From Candidatus Delongbacteria bacterium (lineage in GTDB: Bacteria; CAIWAD01): a DNA stretch of 64,000 bases. A program made the translations under genes and the position numbers. The notes under the pieces are model-generated. The model was given only the letters and a program-made list of their open reading frames with translations, was not told where the DNA came from and made no database searches. The stretch's first letter is position 1. Every line of letters starts with the position of its first letter. Below, one piece after another: positions 40,428 to 50,643 of the stretch. The stretch spans positions 992,001 to 1,056,000 of the forward strand of contig OY760505.1 of assembly GCA_963663545.1 (NCBI GenBank), in the 5' to 3' direction.

Positions 40428-41678
40428 TTAGCGCACCAGCGCTTCCCACTCATTGCGGAAGCGCGTGATAGAGGAACGAACCGGTCCCGTGGCCGCATCG
40501 CCCAGGGCGCAAATGGTCCGGAAGCTGATGCGATCGCAGATCTCCAACAGCAGGTCAATATCCTTGCGATGGCCCTGGCCTTGCACCAGACGCTGAATGA
40601 TTTCATTCATCCAGTGAGTACCTTCACGGCAGGGCGTGCACTGACCACAGCTCTCATGAGCGTAGAAATGAGCCAGATTGGCCACCACGTGCGGAATCGA
40701 CACGCTTTCATCCATCACAATGACACCGCCAGAGCCGAGCATAGTACCCGCCGCCTGGCAGCCTTCGTAATCCAGCTTCAGCTCCCGGCATTCGTCCGCC
40801 GTCAACATGGGCACCGAACTGCCACCAGGAATGACGGCTTTAAGTTTGCGACCGTTAAGTACTCCGCCGCAGTCCTCCTCCAGCAAAGCCATCAGGGGCG
40901 TGCCCAAGCGCACTTCATACACACCGGGCCGGTTCACATGACCGCTGACCGAAAACAGTTTCGTCCCCGGGCTGGCCTGTGTACCCAGGCCGATGTACCA
41001 ATCGGCGCCATGCTGCAAGATGGGCGGCAATGCGGCCAGCGTCTCAACATTGTTGATGATGGTAGGACAGCCGTAAAGGCCCTCAACAGCGGGAAAGGGC
41101 GGTTTGTTGCGCGGCAGACCGCGACGGCCCTCGAGAGAATTCAGCAGCGCGGTTTCTTCTCCGCACACATAAGCACCGGCACCCGGTGATACATGCAGCT
41201 CGAAATCCCAGCCCAGACCCATGGTATTGCGTCCCAGCAGACCCGCCTCCCGGGCTTCGCGAATGGCCTCGGCCACACTGGCCGCCTCATCGCGAAACTC
41301 GCCGCGAATGTATACATAGGCCGTGTGACAACCGATGGCGCGGGCAGCAATGGCCATCCCCTCAACCAGCTGGTGTGGCGCGCGGAGCATGATCTCGCGA
41401 TCTTTGAAGGTACCGGGTTCGCCCTCATCGGCATTACACACCAGATAGACGGGTTTACTGCTCTGCTTGGGTAAAAATCCCCACTTCACTCCGGTGGGAA
41501 AGCCCGCACCGCCACGCCCACGCAGACCGCTGGCTTTGACCAGATCGGTAATCTGCTGCGGCTGCAATTCCTGCAAGGCGCGAAAAAGCTGGCTGTAACC
41601 GCCAGCCGCCTGATACTCATTCAGGCCCTGGCGTCCTTTATGCTGCAGTTGCGGAAAGCAGAGGAATTCACTGCGCAT
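40428..41678 (-). CDS. nuoF: NADH-quinone oxidoreductase subunit F
   Basis: LRGRGGAGFPTG, NADEGEPGTFKDR, YVCGEETAL, ESCGQCTPCREG, TICALGD. Confidence 0.95.
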   Translation of the reverse strand: MRSEFLCFPQLQHKGRQGLNEYQAAGGYSQLFRALQELQPQQITDLVKASGLRGRGGAGFPTGVKWGFLPKQSSKPVYLVCNADEGEPGTFKDREIMLRAPHQLVEGMAIAARAIGCHTAYVYIRGEFRDEAASVAEAIREAREAGLLGRNTMGLGWDFELHVSPGAGAYVCGEETALLNSLEGRRGLPRNKPPFPAVEGLYGCPTIINNVETLAALPPILQHGADWYIGLGTQASPGTKLFSVSGHVNRPGVYEVRLGTPLMALLEEDCGGVLNGRKLKAVIPGGSSVPMLTADECRELKLDYEGCQAAGTMLGSGGVIVMDESVSIPHVVANLAHFYAHESCGQCTPCREGTHWMNEIIQRLVQGQGHRKDIDLLLEICDRISFRTICALGDAATGPVRSSITRFRNEWEALVR

Positions 41679-42171
41679 CACGACCTCCCGCTGCCGTGAG
41701 CTCGTCCAAAAGTGTGGCGAGCTTCTCGACCGTCATCCTTTCGTGATACACGCCATCGATCATGATCGTAGGCGCACCACCGCAGGCTCCAAGGCATTCC
41801 ACCTGTTCCAGCGTGAACTGGCCCTGTGCATCGGTGCCCTCACGGGCTTCACCGAGTTGCAGGCGATTACACAGATACTCCACCAGCTTCTGCTTTCCCA
41901 TCAGATCACAGGAAAGCGTCCGGCACACGCTGATCAAATGGCGACCGACTGCCCTGCGGTGATACATTGTGTAGAAACTGACGACATCGGCAACGTGCAA
42001 GGGTGATACATCCACCAGACGCGCGACCTCTTCAACAACGCCATCGCTGATGAAACCCTCGCGAGCCTGTGCAAGGTGCAGCAGCGGAAGAGTAGCGCTC
42101 ATGCGGCTTGGATAGCGGGCCAGAATGCGTTCCGCCTCTTCAAGCTCCGCAGGTGTGAACTGAAATGACAT
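41668..42171 (-). CDS. nuoE: NADH-quinone oxidoreductase subunit E
   Basis: VVSFYTMY, VCRTLSC, VECLGACGGAP ([2Fe-2S] ligands). Confidence 0.93.
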   Translation of the reverse strand: MSFQFTPAELEEAERILARYPSRMSATLPLLHLAQAREGFISDGVVEEVARLVDVSPLHVADVVSFYTMYHRRAVGRHLISVCRTLSCDLMGKQKLVEYLCNRLQLGEAREGTDAQGQFTLEQVECLGACGGAPTIMIDGVYHERMTVEKLATLLDELTAAGGRDAQ

Positions 42172-42230
42172 GCCGGCTCCCATGAAAGGCTTAGGCGCAA
42201 CCAGAAGAATCCACCTCTGTTGCCGTGGAC

Positions 42231-43169
42231 TTACTCGCCCTGCTCGTCCAGAAAACGCTGGGCGTCGATGGCCGCACTGCAACCACTGCCCGCAGCTGAA
42301 ATGGCCTGACGGTAGCGATGATCGGCCACATCACCCGCAGCGAACACGCCGGGGATGTTTGTGTGCGTAGTACGCCCCTGGCATTTGAGATAGCCGTTCT
42401 CATCCATGTCGAGCAGGCCTTTGAACAGAGTTGTATTTGGTGTGTGGCCAATAGCAACAAAGGCACCCTCTACAACCAGCTCGCTCTGCTCGCCGCTCAA
42501 GGCGTCCTCAAGCAGCACCTTCTGCAATCCACCCGACTGCGGATCGCCCTCGAAAGCTAGGGGGCGCTGGTTTAGCAGGAAATGCACCTTCGGATTCGCC
42601 TCGGCCTTCTGGACCATGATGGGCGAAGCACGGAACTGATCGCGACGATGAATCAGCGTAACCTTGCTGGCGAATGTTGTAAGGAACGTAGCCTCCTCAA
42701 GGGCGCTGTCGCCGCCACCGATTACGCAGATCTCGCGATCCTTGAAAAAGAAGCCATCGCAGGTGGCACAAGCGCTGACGCCAAAGCCCATCAGCTCACG
42801 CTCTCCGGGGATGCCCAGCAGACGGGCGGAGGCGCCGGTGGCGACGATCAGACTGCTGGCAAGCAGTTCTTCTCCCTCCACAGTCAGCTTGAAGGGGCGC
42901 TGGCCGAGCTCAACTTTCTCTACCGTGCCATCAAGAAATGTGGTGCCAAAACGCTCTGCCTGACGATGCAGGTTATCAATCAGTTCCGGCCCCATGACAC
43001 CGTCAGGAAAGCCCGGAAAGTTCTCGACATCGGTAGTAATCGTCAGCTGGCCGCCGGGCTGCATTCCCTCAATCAACAACGGTTCAAGATTGGCCCTGGC
43101 AGCATAAATGGCCGCTGTCAGCCCTGCCGGGCCACCACCGATGATCACGACGTTGCGACTCTCGCTCAT
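42231..43169 (-). CDS. trxB: Thioredoxin-disulfide reductase
   Basis: IIGGGPAGLTAA, GGQL, VENFPGF, SACATCDG, GGGDSA, GDV..YRQA. Confidence 0.96.
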   Translation of the reverse strand: MSESRNVVIIGGGPAGLTAAIYAARANLEPLLIEGMQPGGQLTITTDVENFPGFPDGVMGPELIDNLHRQAERFGTTFLDGTVEKVELGQRPFKLTVEGEELLASSLIVATGASARLLGIPGERELMGFGVSACATCDGFFFKDREICVIGGGDSALEEATFLTTFASKVTLIHRRDQFRASPIMVQKAEANPKVHFLLNQRPLAFEGDPQSGGLQKVLLEDALSGEQSELVVEGAFVAIGHTPNTTLFKGLLDMDENGYLKCQGRTTHTNIPGVFAAGDVADHRYRQAISAAGSGCSAAIDAQRFLDEQGE

Positions 43170-43423
43170 AAACATATCCTCGCTATTTCTGTGAACAGAC
43201 CGGTAGAGAACACAGATGTTTAATATTGCGAAGTTTACTTCTGCGAACAAGTCTACGGTCCATGAAACATGTCCGAACCAGTTCACATAGCTCTGCTTTT
43301 GCAGTCCTGCTTTGTAGGTGCACAAACTTGACGCTGAACCCCTTTGTGCTTGAACGGTGTCGGGTTAGTCTTTAGATTTACACCACTTGTCACATACACT
43401 TTCATCCGCAAATGAGGTACACC

Positions 43424-45904
43424 ATGCACAAACTGCTGACTCTGTCGCTCTTCGTCGCGACGTGTTCGCTACTTGTTACGGGTAGTGCTGCTGCACGCAA
43501 TGCCGACCAACTTGGCCAAGGCTTGCCGCAGACACCGAATGCACCTGCGCTACACGTCGCGCTCGATGCTGATCTTCCGACGGCTGCCACCGTCAAGTCA
43601 GGCCCCCACCAGCTCACGGATGAGATGGTCGTCGTCGGCAACACGGAATACGATTACCAGGGCAACGGCACCTTGAGCAAAATGATTGCCGTCTCAAGCG
43701 ATGGCATGGTGCACGGCACCTTTATGGGTGGTGATACCGGAGCCAATCGTCGAGTAAAGGCCTGGTGCGTCGATAGCGAACTGAACACAATCGCCTCTGC
43801 GACGAATGTCCTGTCAACCAAAACCGGTTATACCACACTTGCCGTGACGAGTGCCGCTCCCACAAACGGCTTCTCACCCAATTCCACTGTAGTGGGTTTG
43901 CATACCGCCACTCCCTCTGCCTCCTGGTTCTCTGTTGATTTTGAAGGCTGCACCAATGCCTTCAGTTCGTTGATGTCCAATTGCGGCACCGATCGTCTCT
44001 GGCCGCACGTCGCCGTGGACAATCAGGACAGGGTCCACGTGGTCAGCTATTCTTCAAGCGACTCCGCTGATCCCAATTACCACTGGTATCAGCGCTCCAC
44101 CGCGGGTTCGGCCTGGGATTTTTCCTGTGTCGCCATTACCGAGGATTCCGAGGGTCTTGGCGGAATGGTCGCAACCAGCAAGACCAGTGGTCGCGTGGCT
44201 GTACTGACCTTCAATAAAACCGGCATCGAAGACATTCCCTACGACATGGGCGAAGGTTATATCGGTATCCAGATTCACCATGACATCGAGATGTTCCTGG
44301 CCGAAGACGGCGATGTGGAAAGCGAAATCACGGGAGGCAACGGCATCAATGTGACCCAATTCGGTCCCAACAGCACAGCCCCCTTTGGCAAGATGGGCAG
44401 CCGCGCGTACTGCGATGTGGACGCAATCTTCGATCGCACCGCTGACGCCAACTTGCACATCGTCTACTCGGGCGGTCCCCAGTGGACCGACTCGCTGCAC
44501 CTGATCTGGGACGCAGCAGCCGAAGACAGCCTGATGGAAGTCTACATGCACTGGAGCCTGGGCAAGGGCCAGCTCTGGCATCATAACTACGATACCGGAT
44601 CCTGGAGCCTGATCGCCGGTTCGAACTGTGTGCTGAGTGAGGCTGAAGGTGATACAATGGATATCGGTCGTGTAAACGGCTGGCGCATGAAGCAGGATCG
44701 TCCCAGTCTGGCCATCGATCCCGAAACTGGCTACCTGTACTGCGTTTGGTCTCAGTATTTCGATAGCGATCGCGGTGCCTGCGAGGGTAGCAGTGGTGAG
44801 CATTTCTGCAACGGCGAAGTCTTTGCCGCCTGTAGTGATGATAACGGTGAGACATGGGGTCGTCCGGTCAATCTGACCAATACCTTCACCCCCGATTGTG
44901 AAGCTGGTGACTGCCAGGCCGAAGACTGGCCCTGTGTTGCCGAGGTCGCCGACGGCTACTTGCACATCACCTATGTCCTCGATCGGGATGCCGGTGGTGT
45001 TCCCATGGAAGAATGCTCCACCACCACCAATGATGTCATCTATCATCGCGTGCCGGTGGAAACGGTGCTTCCCTTCAACGGAGATCCTGAACATTGGTAT
45101 GCGTTAAACCGCGTGGGGCTTGCGCAAACAACACGCTGGTACAAATGGTACAGCGTCGCCTGGTGTGGTGATGGCGAAAGCGATGCCATCATGGATTCCC
45201 TCACCTGGTACGAGCCTGTTGTCGTCATGAACGAAACGCCCAATCCGGTTCAAGTGGAGAGCGTCCAGTTCCTGCATCACGAACTGGATCAACTTGGCGC
45301 CCCCGAGGATCTTGGCCTGGTCCAGCTTGATGCCAAGGTGCAGGTAAACGGCCAGTACATTCCGCTCTCCGAGTGGGATGGATCCATTCCCGCTTACACG
45401 GCGATGAAGTTCCAGAGCATCGTGTCCTACTCTGGCTATCCTCTCTATGATCAGCTGTTGGCGTTCAATTTCGTCGGCAACCGTCCGAGTTTGTATTACA
45501 GAATTGACTACAAGGATGCGGTTGAAGTCGAAGGCGATGAACCTTGCATGACCGTTGAGCAGCTTGACTCAAGTACACCTGAGTCTTACGAGGCCCTGAC
45601 CTTGGGCGATTACTCGGGTGTGGAATCTTCTCGTCAACCCGTCAACTTCGTGTTGAATCAGAATCACCCGAATCCCTTCAACCCGACGACGCAGATCAGC
45701 TACGTAATTCCACGCGGTGCCGAAGTCAGCGTGCGCGTGTTCAACCTGGCTGGTCAGGAAGTAGCCACACTGGTGGACGGCTATCAGCCTGGTGGTCCGC
45801 ACACGGTCACCTTTGACGGTAGTGCCCTGGCCAGTGGTGTGTATTTCTACCGCGTTGATGCGCTAGGCAACACCCAAACCCGCAAGATGATTTTGGCCAA
45901 GTAG
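43424..45904 (+). CDS. Secreted Cys-rich protein with Asp-box (BNR-like) motif and C-terminal T9SS-A-like domain
   Basis: Signal peptide; SDDNGETW; LNQNHPNPFNPTT...ASGVYFY...KMILAK. Confidence 0.8.
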   Translation: MHKLLTLSLFVATCSLLVTGSAAARNADQLGQGLPQTPNAPALHVALDADLPTAATVKSGPHQLTDEMVVVGNTEYDYQGNGTLSKMIAVSSDGMVHGTFMGGDTGANRRVKAWCVDSELNTIASATNVLSTKTGYTTLAVTSAAPTNGFSPNSTVVGLHTATPSASWFSVDFEGCTNAFSSLMSNCGTDRLWPHVAVDNQDRVHVVSYSSSDSADPNYHWYQRSTAGSAWDFSCVAITEDSEGLGGMVATSKTSGRVAVLTFNKTGIEDIPYDMGEGYIGIQIHHDIEMFLAEDGDVESEITGGNGINVTQFGPNSTAPFGKMGSRAYCDVDAIFDRTADANLHIVYSGGPQWTDSLHLIWDAAAEDSLMEVYMHWSLGKGQLWHHNYDTGSWSLIAGSNCVLSEAEGDTMDIGRVNGWRMKQDRPSLAIDPETGYLYCVWSQYFDSDRGACEGSSGEHFCNGEVFAACSDDNGETWGRPVNLTNTFTPDCEAGDCQAEDWPCVAEVADGYLHITYVLDRDAGGVPMEECSTTTNDVIYHRVPVETVLPFNGDPEHWYALNRVGLAQTTRWYKWYSVAWCGDGESDAIMDSLTWYEPVVVMNETPNPVQVESVQFLHHELDQLGAPEDLGLVQLDAKVQVNGQYIPLSEWDGSIPAYTAMKFQSIVSYSGYPLYDQLLAFNFVGNRPSLYYRIDYKDAVEVEGDEPCMTVEQLDSSTPESYEALTLGDYSGVESSRQPVNFVLNQNHPNPFNPTTQISYVIPRGAEVSVRVFNLAGQEVATLVDGYQPGGPHTVTFDGSALASGVYFYRVDALGNTQTRKMILAK

Positions 45905-45927
45905 AAGCAGCCAAACACTTCGCACAC

Positions 45928-45961
45928 AAACCGGAACGCATTCGCGTTCCGGTTTCTTTTT
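45928..45961 (+). terminator. Intrinsic terminator
   Basis: AAACCGGAACGC-ATTC-GCGTTCCGGTTT followed by a T-run. Confidence 0.85.
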
Positions 45962-46213
45962 CTGAAACCCGGCCCGGCTTTTCATGTCAGGGTCGGGTTC
46001 TCGCTTTTTGCGAAAGCCCCTTTTGGGAATTCGCAGAAAGAGTAACTGTCGGCAGGCACGGGCCGACTGTCACATTGGGTAGAGCGCTGGGATGTACTCG
46101 GAACAGGCTGCCGCTGGACACATGACTGAAACACTCCATCAGTCCTGAACTGCACTGGCACAGCCGAACTGGCGCATCCCGCCTCTACATCTCACCATAC
46201 TCCAGGAGGACTT

Positions 46214-48637
46214 ATGCGCAGTTCTTTGATGCTGTCACTTTTGCTGTTGGCAGTGGGAAGCAGTCTGGCCGCACGCCACGCTGATCTCGGTTTCAGGCCT
46301 CAGGACAGATCCGTACCCTCGCATCGCAATTCCTGTGCGGACGTGATACCGACGGCGACATTGCAAACAGCGGCTCCTATGAAGCTGGACAACCGTGATA
46401 CAGACACGGTTACGATCACCACAATTGGTGCAACGCGTTACGATTACCAGGCCAACGGAAGTCAGAGCAAAATGCTGGCCGTGTCTAGCGATGGTACAGT
46501 ACATGGTGTGTTCATGGGCGGCACCGATCTGGATTCCAACCGACGCGTCAAGGTCTGGTGTGTTGACACAAACGGTAGTCTGGAATCTCCCGTAAACATG
46601 CTGAACACAAAAACCGGCTATCCGACCATCGACGTGACCGGTGCTTCGCCAACGAATGGCATGGCGCCAAACTCCAGCGTCCCAGCTTGCCACAACGACA
46701 ACTTCCCCTGGATCGGCACCGACTTTGGTGGCTGCACAATGGCCTTCAACAACTTGTCGCTGCCTTGTGGCAGTAACATCTACTGGCCGCATGTGGCCGT
46801 AGACTCACAGGATCGCATTCACGTTGTGTGTTACGAAGAGGAAGGACCGGAGCGCTATTATGTGCGTAGCAGCAACGGCACAGCCTGGGATGCGGGCGGC
46901 TGCTCTATCATCTCCTCCACATCAGAATCGCTGGGCTCCATCGTAACCGCGTCCGCAACGACGGACAAGGTGGCTGTGCTTACTTTTCGCACCTTCTATC
47001 TTCCCTTCGATGGCGGCGGCGAACATGTCGGCAGCCAGATGCATCACGACATCTATCTCTACGAGTCGGAGAACGGAGATATCGCCGATGAAATCGCCGA
47101 CGGAAACGAGCGCAATTTGACCCGCTTCCGGCAGCAGGGGTGCACAACGCCTTTTGCATTGACCGGTTCCTCCTATTGCTCGATGGATGCCATCTACGAC
47201 CACACCGCAGAAGCCAACTTGCACCTGGTCTTCGACTGTGCCACAGACTTCACTGACTCGCTGCATTTGATCTGGGATCTTTCCGGCGAAGAAGCCGACT
47301 CGCTGATGAATACCTACGTCAATTGGGGGTTGGGGCGTAATCAGCTCCTGCATCACAATGTGGACACCGGCAGTTGGAGCCTGATCACCGGGAGTGCGGC
47401 GAAGGTAAATCCGGCAGACCAGGACACCTTGGACATTGGGCGGCCCGATGCCTGGAGGCAAAAAATCGACCGGCCCAGCCTGGGCGTCGATCCGAATACT
47501 GGCTACCTCTACTGCATGTGGAGCCAAGCCTGGTACGCGGACACGAGCGCTGCGGGTATCTGCAATCGAGATGTACTGGTGGCATGCAGTGCAGATAATG
47601 GTGAGACCTGGGGCGAAGCGGTGAACATCACCGCCAGCTCATCACAGGGCTGCGAGGCCAACTGCCATAGCGAAGACTGGCCTTGTATGGCCGAAGTCGT
47701 AGACGGCTACTTGCACATTCAGTGGATTCACGACCTGGATGCTGGCTCGGTCATTGAAGATAACGTGATCGAGACGGTCAACGATGTCGAATACGCGAAA
47801 GTAAGCGTGGACGAAATCATCCCCTACGAAGGAAGCGTCGACGACTGGTCTGCCGAAGACCGTGTAGGTTTGCTTCATGACACGCGCTGGTACCGCTGGT
47901 ATCCGACGGCCTGGTGCGGTGATGGTGAAACCCCGGGAATCATGGACACATTGCTCTGGGTTGAGCCCATCCTGCTGCTTAACGAAACACCTCACGCGGT
48001 ACAACTGGACAGCATCGCCTATGTGTGTCACCCCGATGACGCCATCGGTGTGGGCAATCTGGACCTGATGCAAGCCTACGTAAAGATGAGCAACGGTTAC
48101 ATACCCGTTGGCGGCTGGAGCGGCACACTACCACCCTACTCCTCAACGAAGTTCGAAAGCCACTTGCACTACAATGGCCTGCCTAGTCACGACCAGTTGC
48201 TTGGCTTCTTCTTCACCGGCCGTCCCGATGTCTTCTATCGCATCGAATACAAGGAAGCGCTGAACGCGGGTGACGTCCCCTGCTTGGATATCGAGCCATT
48301 ACTGCCCGAGCTCATCGACCAGTACGAGACCTATGGCATGTTTGATGTGGCTGTATCACACCCGAAACAGCCGTGTGCTTTTGAGCTGAAGCAGAATCAC
48401 CCCAATCCATTCAACCCTGTGACACAGATTGAGTTCGTACTTGCCCAGGCGGCAGAAGTGCGACTTGCGATCTACAACCTGCAGGGACAGTTATTGGAAG
48501 TTCTGCTCGACGGTCAGCAAACGGCAGGATCACACTCAATTGCCTTTGACGGCTCGTCCTATTCAAGCGGCGTCTATCTATACCGGCTTGAGTCGCCAGC
48601 TGGCTCCAGCACAAAGAAAATGGTGTTGGTGAAATAG
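46214..48637 (+). CDS. Paralogue of 43424-45904; secreted protein with C-terminal T9SS-A-like domain
   Basis: AGGAGG RBS; shared blocks YDYQxNG, WPHVAVD, DRPSL..DP.TGYLYC, SADNGETW, EDWPC; QNHPNPFNP...KMVLVK. Confidence 0.8.
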   Translation: MRSSLMLSLLLLAVGSSLAARHADLGFRPQDRSVPSHRNSCADVIPTATLQTAAPMKLDNRDTDTVTITTIGATRYDYQANGSQSKMLAVSSDGTVHGVFMGGTDLDSNRRVKVWCVDTNGSLESPVNMLNTKTGYPTIDVTGASPTNGMAPNSSVPACHNDNFPWIGTDFGGCTMAFNNLSLPCGSNIYWPHVAVDSQDRIHVVCYEEEGPERYYVRSSNGTAWDAGGCSIISSTSESLGSIVTASATTDKVAVLTFRTFYLPFDGGGEHVGSQMHHDIYLYESENGDIADEIADGNERNLTRFRQQGCTTPFALTGSSYCSMDAIYDHTAEANLHLVFDCATDFTDSLHLIWDLSGEEADSLMNTYVNWGLGRNQLLHHNVDTGSWSLITGSAAKVNPADQDTLDIGRPDAWRQKIDRPSLGVDPNTGYLYCMWSQAWYADTSAAGICNRDVLVACSADNGETWGEAVNITASSSQGCEANCHSEDWPCMAEVVDGYLHIQWIHDLDAGSVIEDNVIETVNDVEYAKVSVDEIIPYEGSVDDWSAEDRVGLLHDTRWYRWYPTAWCGDGETPGIMDTLLWVEPILLLNETPHAVQLDSIAYVCHPDDAIGVGNLDLMQAYVKMSNGYIPVGGWSGTLPPYSSTKFESHLHYNGLPSHDQLLGFFFTGRPDVFYRIEYKEALNAGDVPCLDIEPLLPELIDQYETYGMFDVAVSHPKQPCAFELKQNHPNPFNPVTQIEFVLAQAAEVRLAIYNLQGQLLEVLLDGQQTAGSHSIAFDGSSYSSGVYLYRLESPAGSSTKKMVLVK

Positions 48638-48660
48638 CCGCGCAATGGTGGATCACACGG

Positions 48661-48689
48661 AGCCCCGGCAGAATTCTGTCGGGGCTTTT
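48661..48689 (+). terminator. Intrinsic terminator
   Basis: AGCCCCGGCAG-AATT-CTGTCGGGGCT followed by TTT. Confidence 0.8.
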
Positions 48690-48803
48690 GTATTCAGCGA
48701 GGCTCACTTTGTTATTTGCATCAGCAAGCAAAAGTGCCAGAATACCGCCTGCGGTCTTGCCCGGCCGCCAAGTACTCACGAGAAGCCTGACATAGGGGGA
48801 CGT

Positions 48804-50633
48804 ATGTTCACGCTAGTGATTTCTGTGCTGCAAAATGTCAGAGTTATCGGTCTGCTTTTCGCCCTGTTGCTCTTTGCTGCAGTACTACATGCTGATACAC
48901 TGGAAGTTGGCGCCGGTGCACCATACTCCAGCATTCAGGCGGCCGTAGACGATGCCGTTGCCGGTGATACAATTTTGTTGCTCCCGGGCACATACATCGA
49001 AAATGTCGAGGTAACACTGCCGCTGACTCTTACCTCCTCAGAGGGAGCGGAGTCTACCTTCTGGAGCACGCCTGTTGAGTGGGACACCATCCTGGAAATC
49101 ACAGCCGACAGCGTTGAAGTTTCCGGCATCAGTTTCTATGGATGCCCCTACGGCACGGCGGTCATTTACAGCGGAGTCAATGGCGGCTGGATTCATCATT
49201 GCGTGGCTGGCTGGAGTCCGACGCACTACAACAACACAGGAATCCATGTCGGGCAATCGTCGGTGGGCGTGCTGATTGAGAACAATACGTGCAACTATAA
49301 CGAGAATGCGGGAATCTGGATTCACGGCTCCTCCCACACCGTGATACGTAACAACATCTGCAGCTACAATACGAGCGACATTTACGAAACCGCCTTCGGC
49401 ATTGGCGTACACGGCACAACTAACACCGTGGTTCACGGAAACACTCTGTGCTACAACGATTACGGCATGTATTACAGCTACAACAGCAGTTTCGAGGACT
49501 TTTGTGCCAACACTTGCGACTACAACCGCTACGGGCTTCATGGCTACTTCATGAGTCGTATCAACATCTCGGGGAACAGCTTCGAGCACAATTCCGAGGC
49601 GGGCGTCTATCTATCTTCTTACGGACTCTCACGCTTTAACCACAACTCCATCCAGCATAACACGGGCTATGGTGTAGAACTCTATAACTGCAACAATTTC
49701 TACGCTTTCCAAAATACCATTGCCGATAACCTGGTGAATCTTCATCCCACGAGCGGCGCGAACCAGCACTGGTATTCGCCCGTCCGCCTTGGCATGAGCT
49801 ACGAAGGCATAGACAGCAAGAGTTTTCCTGGCAACTATTTTGATTCCTACTCGGGTACCGACGCCGACGGTGATGGATTTGGTGATACACCCTTTGTGCA
49901 GGATGTGATACAAGACCCGAATCCCTTGATGGCAACTCCTGAGCAATACTGTTCCGCAGTCTGGTACTTAGGGATGGGCAACACAATGTATCACAACGAC
50001 CCGCGCATCAACGGTGGCCTGCTGCGACTGGAAGCCGGCGAGTCGCATCTTTGGATTGCCGATGAATGTGCCACCGAGGAGATCGCTTTTCCGGCAGGCA
50101 GTGCGCTCGATTCTACGGCGTGGACAGGTGTGTTGAACTATGAATACAATGACCATCCAACTGTCCTGCTGGAGGTGGGAGTCTGGGATGGATCGACTTT
50201 CACTCCCGGACCAGCTGTTACCTTAACAGGCTACGCCAACTACTGGACACACGCCTACACAACTTCGGCCGAAGTGTTGAGCGTCCCGGTCGGTCAGTAC
50301 CTGGCCCTGCGCCTAACTTCGCAGGAAAGCACCCGCTACTTCGATTTCCACATGGGCGGCAGCTGGGCCTTCCTTTCCGCTCCGGCAGGAGCGACCTATC
50401 CAGGCAGCAGCGGCAGCACAAGTGTATTGCTAAGCGCTTCATTCAACGCTGGCAGTGGATGCTTCACTTTGGAGTGGAATGCCGTTGCAGGAGCTGACTC
50501 TTACAATGTGTATTACGCAGATGCTGCTTACGGTCCTTTCGTGTTACTTGACACGGTTGCTATTCCCGGCTACACAGACTGCAGCCCTGGTATCACAAGC
50601 CGATTCTATCGAGTGACTGCCGTACTTGATTAG
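48804..50633 (+). CDS. Secreted parallel beta-helix (NosD/pectin-lyase-like) protein with FN3-like C-terminal domain
   Basis: YSSIQAAVDDA..GDTI..PGTYxEN; repeated IxNNxxxxNxxGI units; GNYFDSYSGTDADGDGFGDTP; C-terminal LEWNAVAGADSYNVY...FYRVTAV. Confidence 0.8.
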   Translation: MFTLVISVLQNVRVIGLLFALLLFAAVLHADTLEVGAGAPYSSIQAAVDDAVAGDTILLLPGTYIENVEVTLPLTLTSSEGAESTFWSTPVEWDTILEITADSVEVSGISFYGCPYGTAVIYSGVNGGWIHHCVAGWSPTHYNNTGIHVGQSSVGVLIENNTCNYNENAGIWIHGSSHTVIRNNICSYNTSDIYETAFGIGVHGTTNTVVHGNTLCYNDYGMYYSYNSSFEDFCANTCDYNRYGLHGYFMSRINISGNSFEHNSEAGVYLSSYGLSRFNHNSIQHNTGYGVELYNCNNFYAFQNTIADNLVNLHPTSGANQHWYSPVRLGMSYEGIDSKSFPGNYFDSYSGTDADGDGFGDTPFVQDVIQDPNPLMATPEQYCSAVWYLGMGNTMYHNDPRINGGLLRLEAGESHLWIADECATEEIAFPAGSALDSTAWTGVLNYEYNDHPTVLLEVGVWDGSTFTPGPAVTLTGYANYWTHAYTTSAEVLSVPVGQYLALRLTSQESTRYFDFHMGGSWAFLSAPAGATYPGSSGSTSVLLSASFNAGSGCFTLEWNAVAGADSYNVYYADAAYGPFVLLDTVAIPGYTDCSPGITSRFYRVTAVLD

Positions 50634-50643
50634 AGAGTATGTA

